This document shows positions 44,685-54,651 of a stretch of DNA of 64,000 nucleotides, piece by piece (positions within the stretch are counted from its first letter, which is position 1; each line of letters opens with the position of its first letter). Made by a program: the position numbers and the translations under genes. Source of the stretch: an uncultured Chloroflexia bacterium (lineage in GTDB: Bacteria > Chloroflexota > Anaerolineae > CG2-30-64-16); the NCBI GenBank assembly GCA_963810095.1, contig CAWEMM010000006.1, positions 1,440,001 through 1,504,000 of the forward strand, read 5' to 3'. The notes beneath the pieces are model-generated. The model was not told where the DNA came from. It was given only the letters and a program-made list of their open reading frames with translations, and did not search any database.

Positions 44685-45908
44685 TCACGTCAGGTAGTCA
44701 CGCAGCTTCCGGCTGCGGCTCGGGTGGCGAAGCCGGCCCAAAGCCTGGGCCTCGATCTGCCGGATGCGCTCGCGGGTGACGCCGAACTTCTTCCCGACCT
44801 CTTCTAAAGTGTACGAGTACCCGTCGACCAGTCCGAAACGCAGCTGCAGGATGCGAACCTCGCGGGGGGTGAGCGACTCGAAGATCTCGTCGATCACCTG
44901 GCGCAGCATGGTCTGCGAGGCGGAATCGGTCGGGCTTTCGGCCTCATCGTCTTCGATGAAGTCGCCCAGGTAGCTGTCCTCTTCTTCGCCCACTGGCATT
45001 TCGAGCGAGAGCGGCCGCTGCGACACCCGGATAATCTGTTCGACCTTGCGGGGCGGCACGCCTAAGCGCTCGGCGATCTCTTCAGTCGTCGGGTCGCGGC
45101 CCAACTCCTGCACGAGCTGCCGGCTGGTGCGGGTCAGGCGGTTGATCTGCTCGTACATGTGAACGGGCACCCGGATGGTGCGGCCCTGGTCGGCGATTGC
45201 GCGCGTGACGGCCTGGCGAATCCACCAGGTCGCATAAGTGCTGAACTTGTAGCCCCGCCGGTAATCGAACTTCTTCACCGCTCGAATCAGGCCGATGTTG
45301 CCTTCCTGGATCAGATCCAGGAAGGGCACGCCGCGGCCCACGTATTTCTTCGCCACGCTCACCACGAGGCGCGAGTTGGCCTTGATCAGGTGCTCCTGGG
45401 CGGCCTGCCCATCCTTGACGGCCGAGAGCAGCTTATCGCGCTCGTCGAAGTCGTCGACGCCCTGAGTGAGCTTCTGCCGGGCCTCGCGGCCGCGTTCCAT
45501 GCGCTTGGCCAGGCTGACTTCTTCCTCGGCTGTGAGCAGAGGCACCCGGCCGATTTCCTTGAGGTAGAGGCTGATCGAGTCGTCGATGTCGATGAGGTCC
45601 AGGTCGATATCGACTTCGGCGGGCTCGCTGCGCTCGTCTTCCGAGCCAGACTCGCTCTCTTCTTCCTCACGGAACGGGCTGACCTCGATCCCCTGCTCGA
45701 AAAGGTTCGCGAACAGGTCTTCGAGTTGCTCCATATTTGATTCTGCTTCAGGGAAGGCATTCAGGACGTCGTCGTACGTGACGAACCCCTGTTCGCGGCC
45801 GAGCTCAAACAACTGCTCGGCGGCCGCGCGGGATTTCGCCGGCGCCTCGTCCTGTCCTTCCCCGTCGACTTCGGGTTGGAAGTCTTTTTCTTCGTCTAGT
45901 GCGCTCAT
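44685..45908 (-). CDS. rpoD: Primary RNA polymerase sigma-70 factor
   Basis: [35 protein letters not shown] and TRERIRQIE; region 1.1 present. Confidence 0.95.
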   Translation of the reverse strand: MSALDEEKDFQPEVDGEGQDEAPAKSRAAAEQLFELGREQGFVTYDDVLNAFPEAESNMEQLEDLFANLFEQGIEVSPFREEEESESGSEDERSEPAEVDIDLDLIDIDDSISLYLKEIGRVPLLTAEEEVSLAKRMERGREARQKLTQGVDDFDERDKLLSAVKDGQAAQEHLIKANSRLVVSVAKKYVGRGVPFLDLIQEGNIGLIRAVKKFDYRRGYKFSTYATWWIRQAVTRAIADQGRTIRVPVHMYEQINRLTRTSRQLVQELGRDPTTEEIAERLGVPPRKVEQIIRVSQRPLSLEMPVGEEEDSYLGDFIEDDEAESPTDSASQTMLRQVIDEIFESLTPREVRILQLRFGLVDGYSYTLEEVGKKFGVTRERIRQIEAQALGRLRHPSRSRKLRDYLT

Positions 45909-46181
45909 CGGCACACTCCTTCAGCTACGACCAGGGTGCATCTTCTGGCGAAGGGCTGGCCCGGTCGAGTTGTCCTCTCGCCGGAGCCGGGGAACAACTG
46001 CGCACCCCGTTCGTGGGGCACTTCAAGGTCAGGGCCGCCACGCTCGTACTCGCACATGTGACGGGCATCGGTCAAGCGCGGCAGGCATTCCAGGCGTGAC
46101 GCGGGCGGTGAGGCGGCGTCACGCGTTTTCTTTGCTGCCCATTCTAATCACAACGCTTAAATCTTAACGTGGTCTATGTTA

Positions 46182-47099
46182 CTAGTCGTGCGCCATCTGT
46201 CCCGGACCGCGCTCGATTGGACTCTTAAAATCGTATATGCCGTCGTCAATAGCCCAGACGGTACGGCAGGTTTGGCAAGTTAACGTAACGCGGGTGGCCG
46301 CAAGTTCCAGGCCCTGGCAGCTTGGGCAGCAGAACGGGCTTCCGGCTTGCACCGGGCCCGGCCCCGGCCGGCGCGTGCGCAGGAACACACTCGGGGCGAG
46401 TTTCCACGCTGCGCTCAGCTGCTGGATGCCGCCATCCATCGCGGCCAGTGTTTGCGCGGGCACGAGGCGTTTGAGTGCAGGCTGGCGGAAGTGGGACACG
46501 GCACGGCCTGCTTCAATTTGAAAGCCGGCGGCTTGCAACTGCTCAGCCATCCAGGCCGGGTGAAAGTCGAAGTTCAGGCGGGCGAACTCATAGGGCTGTG
46601 GATCGTACGGCGACCACCGTTGCCGCCGCGCGGCATAGCGGGCGATCGACTTCACGTTGCGTTTGTTAGCGTACTCGACCACGTAGGCGCCCCCCGGCTG
46701 CAAGACCCGCGCAATGCCGCGCAGGGCCGCGGGGATATCCGCCAGGTGGTGCAGCACGCGGACGGTGACGGCCGTGTCGCACGCGCCGGGCGCCAAGGGC
46801 AAGTGGTAGATGTCGGCTGCGACGTAGATGTACCGGTCCGAGCGCCCGAGATGCTCCTGCGCCTCGCGCAGGCCCGACTTGGCGTAGTCGAGGAGGATGA
46901 CCTGGTCGTACCCGGTGTACAAATCCGCCAGGCGACCAAAGCTGGCGCCTAGCTCGACGATGCGGCGTCCCCTGCTTGGCAGCAGGTGGCGTAATGCGAT
47001 CCGCTCGGCCAGGTCCTCGTACTCGCGCCCCTGGCCTTCCCAAAAGCGAGCCCGGTAGCTCGTCCCCTCGTAGTCGCAGATGGCTTGTTCCTGCTCCAA
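46182..47099 (-). CDS. Class I SAM-dependent methyltransferase with a C-terminal Trm112-like zinc ribbon
   Basis: VELGASFG, RVLQPGG; C-terminal CPSC...CQTC...IDDGIYDF. Confidence 0.8.
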   Translation of the reverse strand: MEQEQAICDYEGTSYRARFWEGQGREYEDLAERIALRHLLPSRGRRIVELGASFGRLADLYTGYDQVILLDYAKSGLREAQEHLGRSDRYIYVAADIYHLPLAPGACDTAVTVRVLHHLADIPAALRGIARVLQPGGAYVVEYANKRNVKSIARYAARRQRWSPYDPQPYEFARLNFDFHPAWMAEQLQAAGFQIEAGRAVSHFRQPALKRLVPAQTLAAMDGGIQQLSAAWKLAPSVFLRTRRPGPGPVQAGSPFCCPSCQGLELAATRVTLTCQTCRTVWAIDDGIYDFKSPIERGPGQMAHD

Positions 47100-47119
47100 A
47101 TTGCTCCCGCGCCCCCTAA

Positions 47120-47135
47120 TGTTTCACGTGAAACA
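47120..47135. promoter_or_regulatory. parS centromere-like site
   Basis: TGTTTCACGTGAAACA, a perfect 16-bp match to the widespread ParB-binding consensus. Confidence 0.85.
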
Positions 47136-47339
47136 GCCCCGGATTCGCCCCGCCGCCGTTTGGACTTCCCATTAATTAAACAACAAAGAGCGGTGGCTAA
47201 CCCACCGCCCATAAGGACTTGCGCTTCTGCGCCCATCATTATAGCACGTCCTGTCAATGCCTGACGTGCTCTAAATCATAAGCAAGTGTGATAGACGCGC
47301 CCGTGTTGCATCACGTGCGCGCGGGATCACTGACGCCTG

Positions 47340-47579
47340 TTATGCCGGGCTGCCCGGATTACGATGGCGGTAGACGATCCGGCCTTTGGTCAGATCGTAC
47401 GGCGACAACTCGACGCGCACCCGGTCGCCAAGCAACACGCGGATGTAATACTTCCGCATCTTGCCCGACAAGTATGCCAGAACTTCGGGGCCGTTTTCGA
47501 GCTTTACCCGAAAGGTCGTGTTCGGCAGCGCCTCCACAACCTTGCCATCCAGGGTCAGCTTCTCCTCTTGTTTGGCCAT
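47340..47579 (-). CDS. infA: Translation initiation factor IF-1
   Basis: '[17 protein letters not shown]...[17 protein letters not shown]...[13 protein letters not shown]'. Confidence 0.97.
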   Translation of the reverse strand: MAKQEEKLTLDGKVVEALPNTTFRVKLENGPEVLAYLSGKMRKYYIRVLLGDRVRVELSPYDLTKGRIVYRHRNPGSPA

Positions 47580-47665
47580 GCCTTTTCACCTTCTCAGTTC
47601 AGGCCGCCGGGATTAATCCGGCGGCCCAAAACGTTGTGCGGGCGCCAGCCGGGCTGGCGTAGCGT

Positions 47666-47878
47666 TTAGCGCATGCTCTCGCGACCCTCGCGACGACGTT
47701 GCGCCTGCCGCGCCTTCCGGATCGCCTTCTGTTTCTTCAGCCGCCGAAGCTCGCTCGGGGGCGTGAACCAGCGCTTCTTGCGAACGGTCGGCAGGATGCG
47801 CTCTTTCATGACCTCCTTGCGGAAGCGCTTGAGCAGCGACTCCTGGGACTCCCCAGCTCGCAGAGACACGGTTGCCAT
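47666..47878 (-). CDS. rpsU: 30S ribosomal protein bS21
   Basis: 'ESQESLLKRFRKEV...KKRWFTPPSELRR'; RBS GGAGG. Confidence 0.9.
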   Translation of the reverse strand: MATVSLRAGESQESLLKRFRKEVMKERILPTVRKKRWFTPPSELRRLKKQKAIRKARQAQRRREGRESMR

Positions 47879-48102
47879 GCAACTCACCTCCTTCCCCGCC
47901 AACACTTCCAACGCCGGTCACCTTAACAACGGAACCTCACCTTCCGGTGAGGCCCTTGCTTGCCTGCTGCAGAACCGACCTCGACGGTGCGAGCCGCCAG
48001 CCTGTTGCCGGGCTGTAGAGCCGCACGCCGCGTGTTACGCTTCCATCACTCAGGCCATCCGCGCTCCTGTCAGGGACACGTGTAGGATTTTGGGCCGAAG
48101 GC

Positions 48103-48131
48103 AGTATAGTCGAAGGCGCTGCGCCTGTCAA
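48103..48131 (-). promoter_or_regulatory. sigma70 promoter for rpsU-infA
   Basis: Minus strand TTGACA-17 bp-TATACT. Confidence 0.75.
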
Positions 48132-48240
48132 AAATAGTACACAATGTGCTCGCTTCGGATGTGCTCGCTCTGGCGCGAGCAAACTCAGAAGCCGGCCCGT
48201 GAAGCCTCGAGGCAGCGGGCGACCGCGCGTGCCTACAATC

Positions 48241-48594
48241 CTACTCCTTCCGCAAGATCTTCTCCATTGCTTTTCCCTTTGCCAGCTCATCGATCAGCTT
48301 GTCGAGGTAGCGAATCTCCTGCATCAAAGGTTCTGAGATATCCTCCACCCGGACGCCACACACGACTCCCTTGATCAATGCCCGAGACGGATTCAGCTGC
48401 GGAGCTTCCGCGATGAAGGTCGCGAAGTCTGACTGTTTCAGCAGCTGGGCCTCCAACTCCTCCTGACGATATCCCGTCAGCCAACGAATGATTTCATCGA
48501 CTTCGGCTTTCGTGCGTCCCTTCTTCTCTGCCTTGGCGACGTAGAGGGGATAAACACGCGCGAAGCTCATCGTATAGATCCGGTGTCCAGTCAT
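48241..48594 (-). CDS. DUF2200 family protein
   Basis: '[34 protein letters not shown]...GVVCGVRVE...[13 protein letters not shown]'. Confidence 0.85.
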   Translation of the reverse strand: MTGHRIYTMSFARVYPLYVAKAEKKGRTKAEVDEIIRWLTGYRQEELEAQLLKQSDFATFIAEAPQLNPSRALIKGVVCGVRVEDISEPLMQEIRYLDKLIDELAKGKAMEKILRKE

Positions 48595-48599
48595 GTTAC

Positions 48600-50267
48600 C
48601 TATTTAGCGCCTTTCTCTCGCCCCGAATCGAGCGGCCGGCCCTGCCGCAGCCGGCGCACCAGTCGCCGCCACGCACTCTCCGCCCCCTTCACTTCCGGGT
48701 CACCCATCTCGCGCGCCGAATAGCGCGCGCCGATGAAAGCCTCCGTCAGTTCGCGCACATCGCCCTCGGTCTCTGGAAACGCTGTGCGGAGATCTTCCTC
48801 GTATTCGAGCGGCGTCTTGTGGGGCGGCCGTGCGACCCCTTCTTCGCCGGCCTCCTGCACCGCGCGCAGGTAGTAGCGCCGCACCTGGTCGCGCGGCAGC
48901 AGCGGGCCGGCAGGTCCCGCCGGTCCGGGTTGGGGCCGGGGCCCACGCCCTCCGGCTCTTCGCAAGCGCCGCCGCATTCGGGTCACCCGCGCGGCAACGA
49001 TGACGTTGATGCGCGCCCGCCGCGCCCGCCACCACAGACGCAGGCGGGTCAGCTGTTTGCCCAGCTTGCTTTCCAGCACCCCCGTCGTGCGCAGGAAGTT
49101 CAAGAGCAGAAAGGCCGCGACCAGCACGACGACGAGCCACAGGAACGCGTTGCCGACCCACGGCGGCAGGTGCACTGTGGCCTCGGGCGGGGTGGGGAGC
49201 ACCGGTCGGGGCGCGGCCGACTGATCGGCGGGCTGCTGCGGGGGGACGCCGAACAGCCGGCTGAGCAGGCCGGCAAGGAACGCGATGATCAGCCCCAGGA
49301 CGAAGCCAACCCCCATCATGACACGGGCGAGCAGCCCAAAGACAAACTCCAGCACGGGCGTCAGCCAACTGGTCTGACCGAGCGGCAGCAGGAGCGCGAC
49401 CAGTGCGATGAGGCCGATGAACAGCAGGCTTGTGGTGTGCCAGCGCCGGATGAGCGAGGGGGCCAACTCCACGTCCTGGTTGTACCACCGGCCGCGCAGG
49501 ACTGCGAGCCGGCCCTGGCTCATCAGAAGCAGGCCCGACAGGAAGTAGCAGACCAGGCAGACGACGACCTCGCCGCGCATCCCCAGCCCGCCCAGCGCGA
49601 CGTGGAAGAGGCCGTTTTCCCCCACCGAGACGTTGAACCGGGTGATCGCCGCACAGGCCACCAGCAGGATGCCCAAGCCGATCCAGCGTGTCGCAAACCG
49701 CTGCAGCAGCTCGGTTCGGGTAGTTGGCCGGGCGGCCCGCCACCGGCTCTGGCTGTCGCCCCATTCGTGGCTCTCCCGGGCGGCTACCTCGTCGGGTTGG
49801 ATCGCCAGCTCGAGGAAGTCCGCTGTCACCGTGGTAGCATAGGACCAGACGAACAGCCAGACGAACGTCGCGAAGATGAAGTTGCCCGTAAAGAAGCTGT
49901 CGGGCTGAAGAAACCACCGGGGCAGGTCGGCCAGCCCGGGCAGGCCATCGGCGAAAATCCAGACCAGGACGCGGGCCGCGATGACCAGCAGAAGCATCTC
50001 GCCAAAGCGGAAAGCCGAGCCTCGGCGGTCGCGCCAGCCCGGCCGTCCGAGAAGCGTCGTCGATATCACGGCCACCGTCGCAAAAAGCATAGCGATCGGA
50101 ATGAGGTAGGGCGACCAGGGTCCACCCAGCCCCCAGCGCAGGACGGCGGGTCCCACGGCCAGGCTGCCGGCCAGCAGCGCAATCAGCACCAGCCGGAAGA
50201 GGCTGACCTGCCACGCTTCGTCCGCGAAGCTGGCAAACACCCGGCCGCCCGCCGGCGACCGCGTCAT
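48600..50267 (-). CDS. Multi-pass membrane protein with a C-terminal DUF4129-like domain
   Basis: Many TM segments; C-terminal 'RRYY...[13 protein letters not shown]...[11 protein letters not shown]'. Confidence 0.75.
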   Translation of the reverse strand: MTRSPAGGRVFASFADEAWQVSLFRLVLIALLAGSLAVGPAVLRWGLGGPWSPYLIPIAMLFATVAVISTTLLGRPGWRDRRGSAFRFGEMLLLVIAARVLVWIFADGLPGLADLPRWFLQPDSFFTGNFIFATFVWLFVWSYATTVTADFLELAIQPDEVAARESHEWGDSQSRWRAARPTTRTELLQRFATRWIGLGILLVACAAITRFNVSVGENGLFHVALGGLGMRGEVVVCLVCYFLSGLLLMSQGRLAVLRGRWYNQDVELAPSLIRRWHTTSLLFIGLIALVALLLPLGQTSWLTPVLEFVFGLLARVMMGVGFVLGLIIAFLAGLLSRLFGVPPQQPADQSAAPRPVLPTPPEATVHLPPWVGNAFLWLVVVLVAAFLLLNFLRTTGVLESKLGKQLTRLRLWWRARRARINVIVAARVTRMRRRLRRAGGRGPRPQPGPAGPAGPLLPRDQVRRYYLRAVQEAGEEGVARPPHKTPLEYEEDLRTAFPETEGDVRELTEAFIGARYSAREMGDPEVKGAESAWRRLVRRLRQGRPLDSGREKGAK

Positions 50268-51497
50268 GGGCCACCTCGGCCAGACGGCGCGAGCGCGGCG
50301 GGTGCGCCGCCCGCCTGTGCCTGCCAGCGGCGCAGCTCGACCTCGTCGGCCACCTGGAAGGCGGCGATGCCCAGGCGCCGGCAGCGTTCCTGAACGATTT
50401 GGAATTGCGCGTGCGGTTCGATGGCAATCAGCACGGGGTTCAAACCCGCTCGCCGCAGCCGGTGCAAAGCGCCGCTGATGGCTTCGTCGGCGGTGGGCGT
50501 CACCGCGACGACGGTCGTGCCCCATGCCAGGTCCACGGTCGCCTGCGGCAGCCACTCGGCGAGGGGCCGGCTCTCCAACGGTTGCACCCGGGCCAACCAC
50601 TCCAGCAGCTTCATCAGGTGGCCGCGGCCCGGCTTGGGCGGGATGGCCCAGCACTCGGTCTGCGTCAGTTCGTCGCACCCATTGCTGCCCAGCCCCACGT
50701 GCTGCCGCTGCTCGATCAGGTAGTTGGCCAAGGACGCGGCGACGACAATCGCCCACTCGGAGGCGAGATAGCGTAGGTGGCGCGAGTACGCGGGCGTGTA
50801 GAGATCGAGGAAAATGGCCGTGGTCAGCGATACGGCCGGTTCGGTCTTCTTGACCTGCAGCCCGCTGGAACGCGCACTGGTCTTCCAGTCAATCGTGCGC
50901 ACGGGGTCGCCGGGCTGGTAGGGCCGCACGCCGTTTACGCGCGCAGGGTCGGCGAAGATTGGCTGGCGGCTGGCAATCGTGCCGTAGGGTGCGCGCGAGG
51001 TTAACGGCGCGGCCGTCATGGGGATCACGCGTGGATACACCACGAGCGTACGGCGCTCGTCCACGGCCCCCTGCACCTCGACGAACCCGAAGAGGTCGCC
51101 CGAGGTGACGCGGCCCGGTCCTACCTGGTAGAGCCCTCGCTGGCCGCCGAAGAGATCGTAGTGCAGATCGACCGTTTCCTTTGGCCCGAGCGCCAGCGCG
51201 TGGATCAAGCCGCCCGCTCCCGGTCAGCTCCGAGGGCGAAGACTCGTCATAGCGGACCCAAGGCGCTGGCAGCAGGCTCGTGTTCGTGATGCTGACGTGG
51301 ACGGTCGAGCTTTCGCCCGTAAAAATATGGTCGGTGAAGCGGCGGGTGACATGGAGATGCTTGAGGCTGCGCGCCGACCACCAGCGCGCCAACCCGTAGG
51401 AGCCGGCCAGGACGTAGACGAGGTAGAAGATGATGTCCATCCGGAGGACGATGGCCACGACGAGCAGGAGCAGCAGGACGATGGGCAGCTCGGACAT
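50264..51497 (-). CDS. DUF58 domain protein, typical MoxR partner (frameshift near 51210)
   Basis: 'GVRPYQPGDPVRTIDWKTSAR'; N-terminus MSELPIV in the 50889..51587 frame. Confidence 0.85.
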
Positions 51498-51498
51498 G

Positions 51499-52236
51499 CT
51501 AGTCGTCTTCGGCGGCTCCCGCCGGCGCGCCCTCCGGTTCGGCGTTGGCGCCCCTGGCCGCCCGGGCGGGTGGCTCGACGCCGGCAATCACGATCACAAA
51601 CTCGCCCTTGGGCTTCGAGCGGCGCACGCCGGCCAGCAGCTCGCTGATCGAACCGCGCTCGACCGACTCGTACAGCTTCGTCAGCTCGTGCGCCAGCGCG
51701 GCCCGGCGGTCGCCGTACACGGCCAGCGCATCTTCGAGGAAGGACTCGACCCGGTATGGGCTTTCGTAGAAGACCAGGGTGTGTGGGGAGTCAAGGTCGG
51801 CGCTCATGAAGCGACGGCGGGGGCCGCCCTTGTGTGGGGCGAAGCCGCGATAGGTGAAGCTGTGGACGGCCAGGCCGGAAAGCACGACGGCCATGACCAC
51901 CGCCGAAGCGCCCGGCGCCATGCTGACCGGCTGGCCCGCGGCAATCGCCCGCTGCACGATGGTGTAGCCGGGGTCGGAGATGCCCGGCGTCCCGGCCTCG
52001 CTCACGATCGCCACCGACTTGCCTTCGGCCAGCAAGCCGATGATCCGCTCGCCCGCCCGGTCTTCGTTGTGCTCCTGGAAGGTCATCTGCGGCTTGACAA
52101 TGCCGTAGTGCTTTAGCAGGATGCCGGTCTTGCGGGTGTCTTCCGACGCGATCATGTCGACGCTCTTCAGGATCTCGAGCGCCCGCACCGTAATGTCGCC
52201 CAGATTGCCGATGGGCGTGGCCACAAGGTACAGCAT
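51499..52236 (-). CDS. rsmI: 16S rRNA (cytidine1402-2'-O)-methyltransferase
   Basis: [42 protein letters not shown] and KGEF. Confidence 0.95.
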   Translation of the reverse strand: MLYLVATPIGNLGDITVRALEILKSVDMIASEDTRKTGILLKHYGIVKPQMTFQEHNEDRAGERIIGLLAEGKSVAIVSEAGTPGISDPGYTIVQRAIAAGQPVSMAPGASAVVMAVVLSGLAVHSFTYRGFAPHKGGPRRRFMSADLDSPHTLVFYESPYRVESFLEDALAVYGDRRAALAHELTKLYESVERGSISELLAGVRRSKPKGEFVIVIAGVEPPARAARGANAEPEGAPAGAAEDD

Positions 52237-52237
52237 C

Positions 52238-53183
52238 TCAGGCCTTCCCCAACTCGAGCGGGATTTGCGTCAACAACTCGTCGACGATGGCCGTTGCCGT
52301 CCGGCCGCGCAGCGCACTCTCCGGGTGGACCAGGCACCTGTGCGCAAGCGTGAGCGGCGCCAGCTTTTTTACATCATCCGGCAGCACGTAATCGCGGCCC
52401 TGCAGGGACGGCCCACGCCTGGCTCGTCTTGTAAAGCGCGAGCGAGCCGCGCGGACTGGCGCCCAGCAGCAGGTCGGGCTGGGTACGCGTTGCCTGCACA
52501 AGCCGGACGATGTAGTCGCGGACGGTCTCGTCGACGTGGACTTCCCACACCCGGCCGCTCAGCTCGGGCAGACGGGCGCCGTCAAACACGGGCTCCACGG
52601 CCGCGATGGGATGCTCGCGGCGCAGGTTGAGCAGCATCTGGCTCTCGGCGCTTGCCGGCAGGTAGCCGAGGCGCATCTTGATCAGGAACCGGTCCAACTG
52701 GGCTTCAGGGAGTGGGAACGTGCCTTCGTACTCGATCGGATTTTGTGTGGCGAGGACGATGAACGGGCTGGGCAGCGGACGCGTCACGCCGTCGACCGTC
52801 ACCTGCCGCTCGCCCATGCACTCGAGGAGCGCAGATTGGGTACGGGGCGTGGCCCGGTTCACCTCGTCGGCGAGCAAAATGTTCGAAAAGGCCGGGCCGG
52901 GGATGAACTCGAACTTAGCGTTCACCTGGTTGTAAACCGACACGCCGGTCACGTCGTTCGGCAGCAGGTCGGGAGTGCACTGCAGGCGCCGGAAGGTGAC
53001 GCCCAAGGAAGCGGCGACGGCACGGGCCAGCATCGTCTTGCCGACGCCGGGCACATCCTCGATCAGCACATGCCCTTCGCAGAGCAACGCCGCGAGGATG
53101 AGCTGGATCGCCTCCCGCTGGCCGATGATCACCCTCTCGATACTTGCGACAACGCGCTCTGCAAAGTTGACGATGTCATTCAC
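52238..53183 (-). CDS. MoxR-family AAA+ ATPase (frameshift near 52410)
   Basis: [33 protein letters not shown] and [22 protein letters not shown]. Confidence 0.92.
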
Positions 53184-53232
53184 TGGTCTGCTCCTGCAAG
53201 TCGGGCATCAGGATATCATAGAAAACTGCCTC

Positions 53233-53280
53233 TTGACAAAAGAACAAGCGTTCACTATAATGTCTTCAGAACAAACTTTC
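53233..53280 (+). promoter_or_regulatory. lexA promoter with overlapping SOS boxes
   Basis: TTGACA (53233)-17 bp-TATAAT (53256); GAAC-AAGC-GTTC at 53242-53253 in the spacer; second box GAAC-AAAC-TTTC at 53269-53280. Confidence 0.9.
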
Positions 53281-53306
53281 GCTGCTGGAGACCCAAGGAG
53301 AAACAG

Positions 53307-53951
53307 ATGAGCCTTTCTGATCGCCAGGTCCGCATGCTGGCCTTCATTCGATCTTATCTCGAAGAGCATGCCTACCCGCCGACGATCCGGGAGATCGGTA
53401 AGGACGTCGGCATCCCTTCCACCTCGGTGGTTAAGTACAACCTCGAGCGTCTGCAGGAAAAGGGATACATCGAGCGCAGCGGCGAGGTGTCGCGCGGTCT
53501 GCGGCTGAAGGATGGTCCCACGTTCGGCGGGCACTCTGACGGGGTGGTCGAGATACGCAAGATGGGCGTGATCGCGGCCGGCCAACCGATCGCCGCGTAT
53601 GGTCAACAGGACGACCCGTATGCGGGCGACACGCTGACGCTGACGACCGACCTCGTGCCGGACCCGAGCCAGGTGTACACCCTGCAGGTCAAGGGCGACT
53701 CGATGATCGACGCGTTGGTCAACGACGGCGATTGGGTCGTCATTAAGCACCAGAATACGGCAAAGCCCCATGACATGATCGTGGCGTGGATTCGGGATCG
53801 TGAAGAGACGACGCTTAAGTATTACTATCCGGAAGGCGAGCAAGTCCGGCTCCAACCTGCGAACCCGAAGTACGAGCCGATCTACGTGAGCGCGGAGCAG
53901 CTCGAGATCCAGGGGAAGGTCATTGCAGTAGTTCGCCAGCTGCCCGACTAG
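53307..53951 (+). CDS. lexA: SOS transcriptional repressor LexA
   Basis: YPPTIREIG HTH; AAG cleavage site; catalytic residues in GDSM and TLK; LQPAN. Confidence 0.97.
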   Translation: MSLSDRQVRMLAFIRSYLEEHAYPPTIREIGKDVGIPSTSVVKYNLERLQEKGYIERSGEVSRGLRLKDGPTFGGHSDGVVEIRKMGVIAAGQPIAAYGQQDDPYAGDTLTLTTDLVPDPSQVYTLQVKGDSMIDALVNDGDWVVIKHQNTAKPHDMIVAWIRDREETTLKYYYPEGEQVRLQPANPKYEPIYVSAEQLEIQGKVIAVVRQLPD

Positions 53952-53988
53952 CGCTCGGTAAGGTGCGTCGATGGGCGGCCCTGGGGCG

Positions 53989-54651
53989 ATGCGGCTACCC
54001 CGCGCGTTCTATGCGCGGGACAGCGTCACCGTGGCACGGGAGCTCCTGGGCACGCGGCTGGTACGCGTCGTCGATGGCGTCCGGCTGGGCGGCCTGATCT
54101 GCGAGGTCGAGGCGTACGGCGGGCCCGACGATCCTGCCTCGCACGCCTACCGGCGCACCGGCCGCAGCGCCATCATGTACGGCCCTCCAGGCTTCGCCTA
54201 CGTTTACTTCATCTACGGCGCCCACCACTGCTTGAACGCGGTCACCCATCCCGACGGCGTGCCGGGCGCGGTCCTCATCCGCGCCATCATCCCGGACGAA
54301 AACCTCGCGCTCATGCGGCTCAGGCGCGCGCTGCCGCCGGCCTCGCCTGCCAATCCGCTGCGCGGGGTGGCAGACGGTCCGGGCAAGCTATGCCGGGCGC
54401 TGGGGATCACGCTGGCGGAGAACGGCCTGGACCTGGCCGAGAGCGAGGCGCTGTTTATCGAGGCGGGCGCAGAGGTTCCGGCGAACGAGGTAACGGCAAC
54501 GCCGCGGGTGGGCGTGGGCGGGGACCCTGAAGCGAAGTTACGCCCCTGGCGCTTTCATTGGCCGGCGGGGCAGCAGCCGGCGCAGCGTCGCGATCTCGGG
54601 CGTGCGCAGCACGACGGCGACGAGGAGGAAGACCAGGCCGCCGATCATTAG
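53989..54651 (+). CDS. mpg: DNA-3-methyladenine glycosylase (MPG/AAG family)
   Basis: EVEAY, YVYFIYGAHHCLN, AVLIRA, GPGKLC and PWRF; 3' end overlaps murJ. Confidence 0.9.
   Translation: MRLPRAFYARDSVTVARELLGTRLVRVVDGVRLGGLICEVEAYGGPDDPASHAYRRTGRSAIMYGPPGFAYVYFIYGAHHCLNAVTHPDGVPGAVLIRAIIPDENLALMRLRRALPPASPANPLRGVADGPGKLCRALGITLAENGLDLAESEALFIEAGAEVPANEVTATPRVGVGGDPEAKLRPWRFHWPAGQQPAQRRDLGRAQHDGDEEEDQAADH

Noticed and set aside
45909-46181. Riboswitch in the rpoD upstream region
   Set aside because: Only one GC hairpin (GCGTGACGC/GCGTCACGC) and no recognisable aptamer; it may just terminate the upstream gene
54538-54651. Convergent mpg/murJ overlap as deliberate antisense regulation
   Set aside because: MPG homology ends at PWRF (~54555); the extension may be incidental or due to an indel
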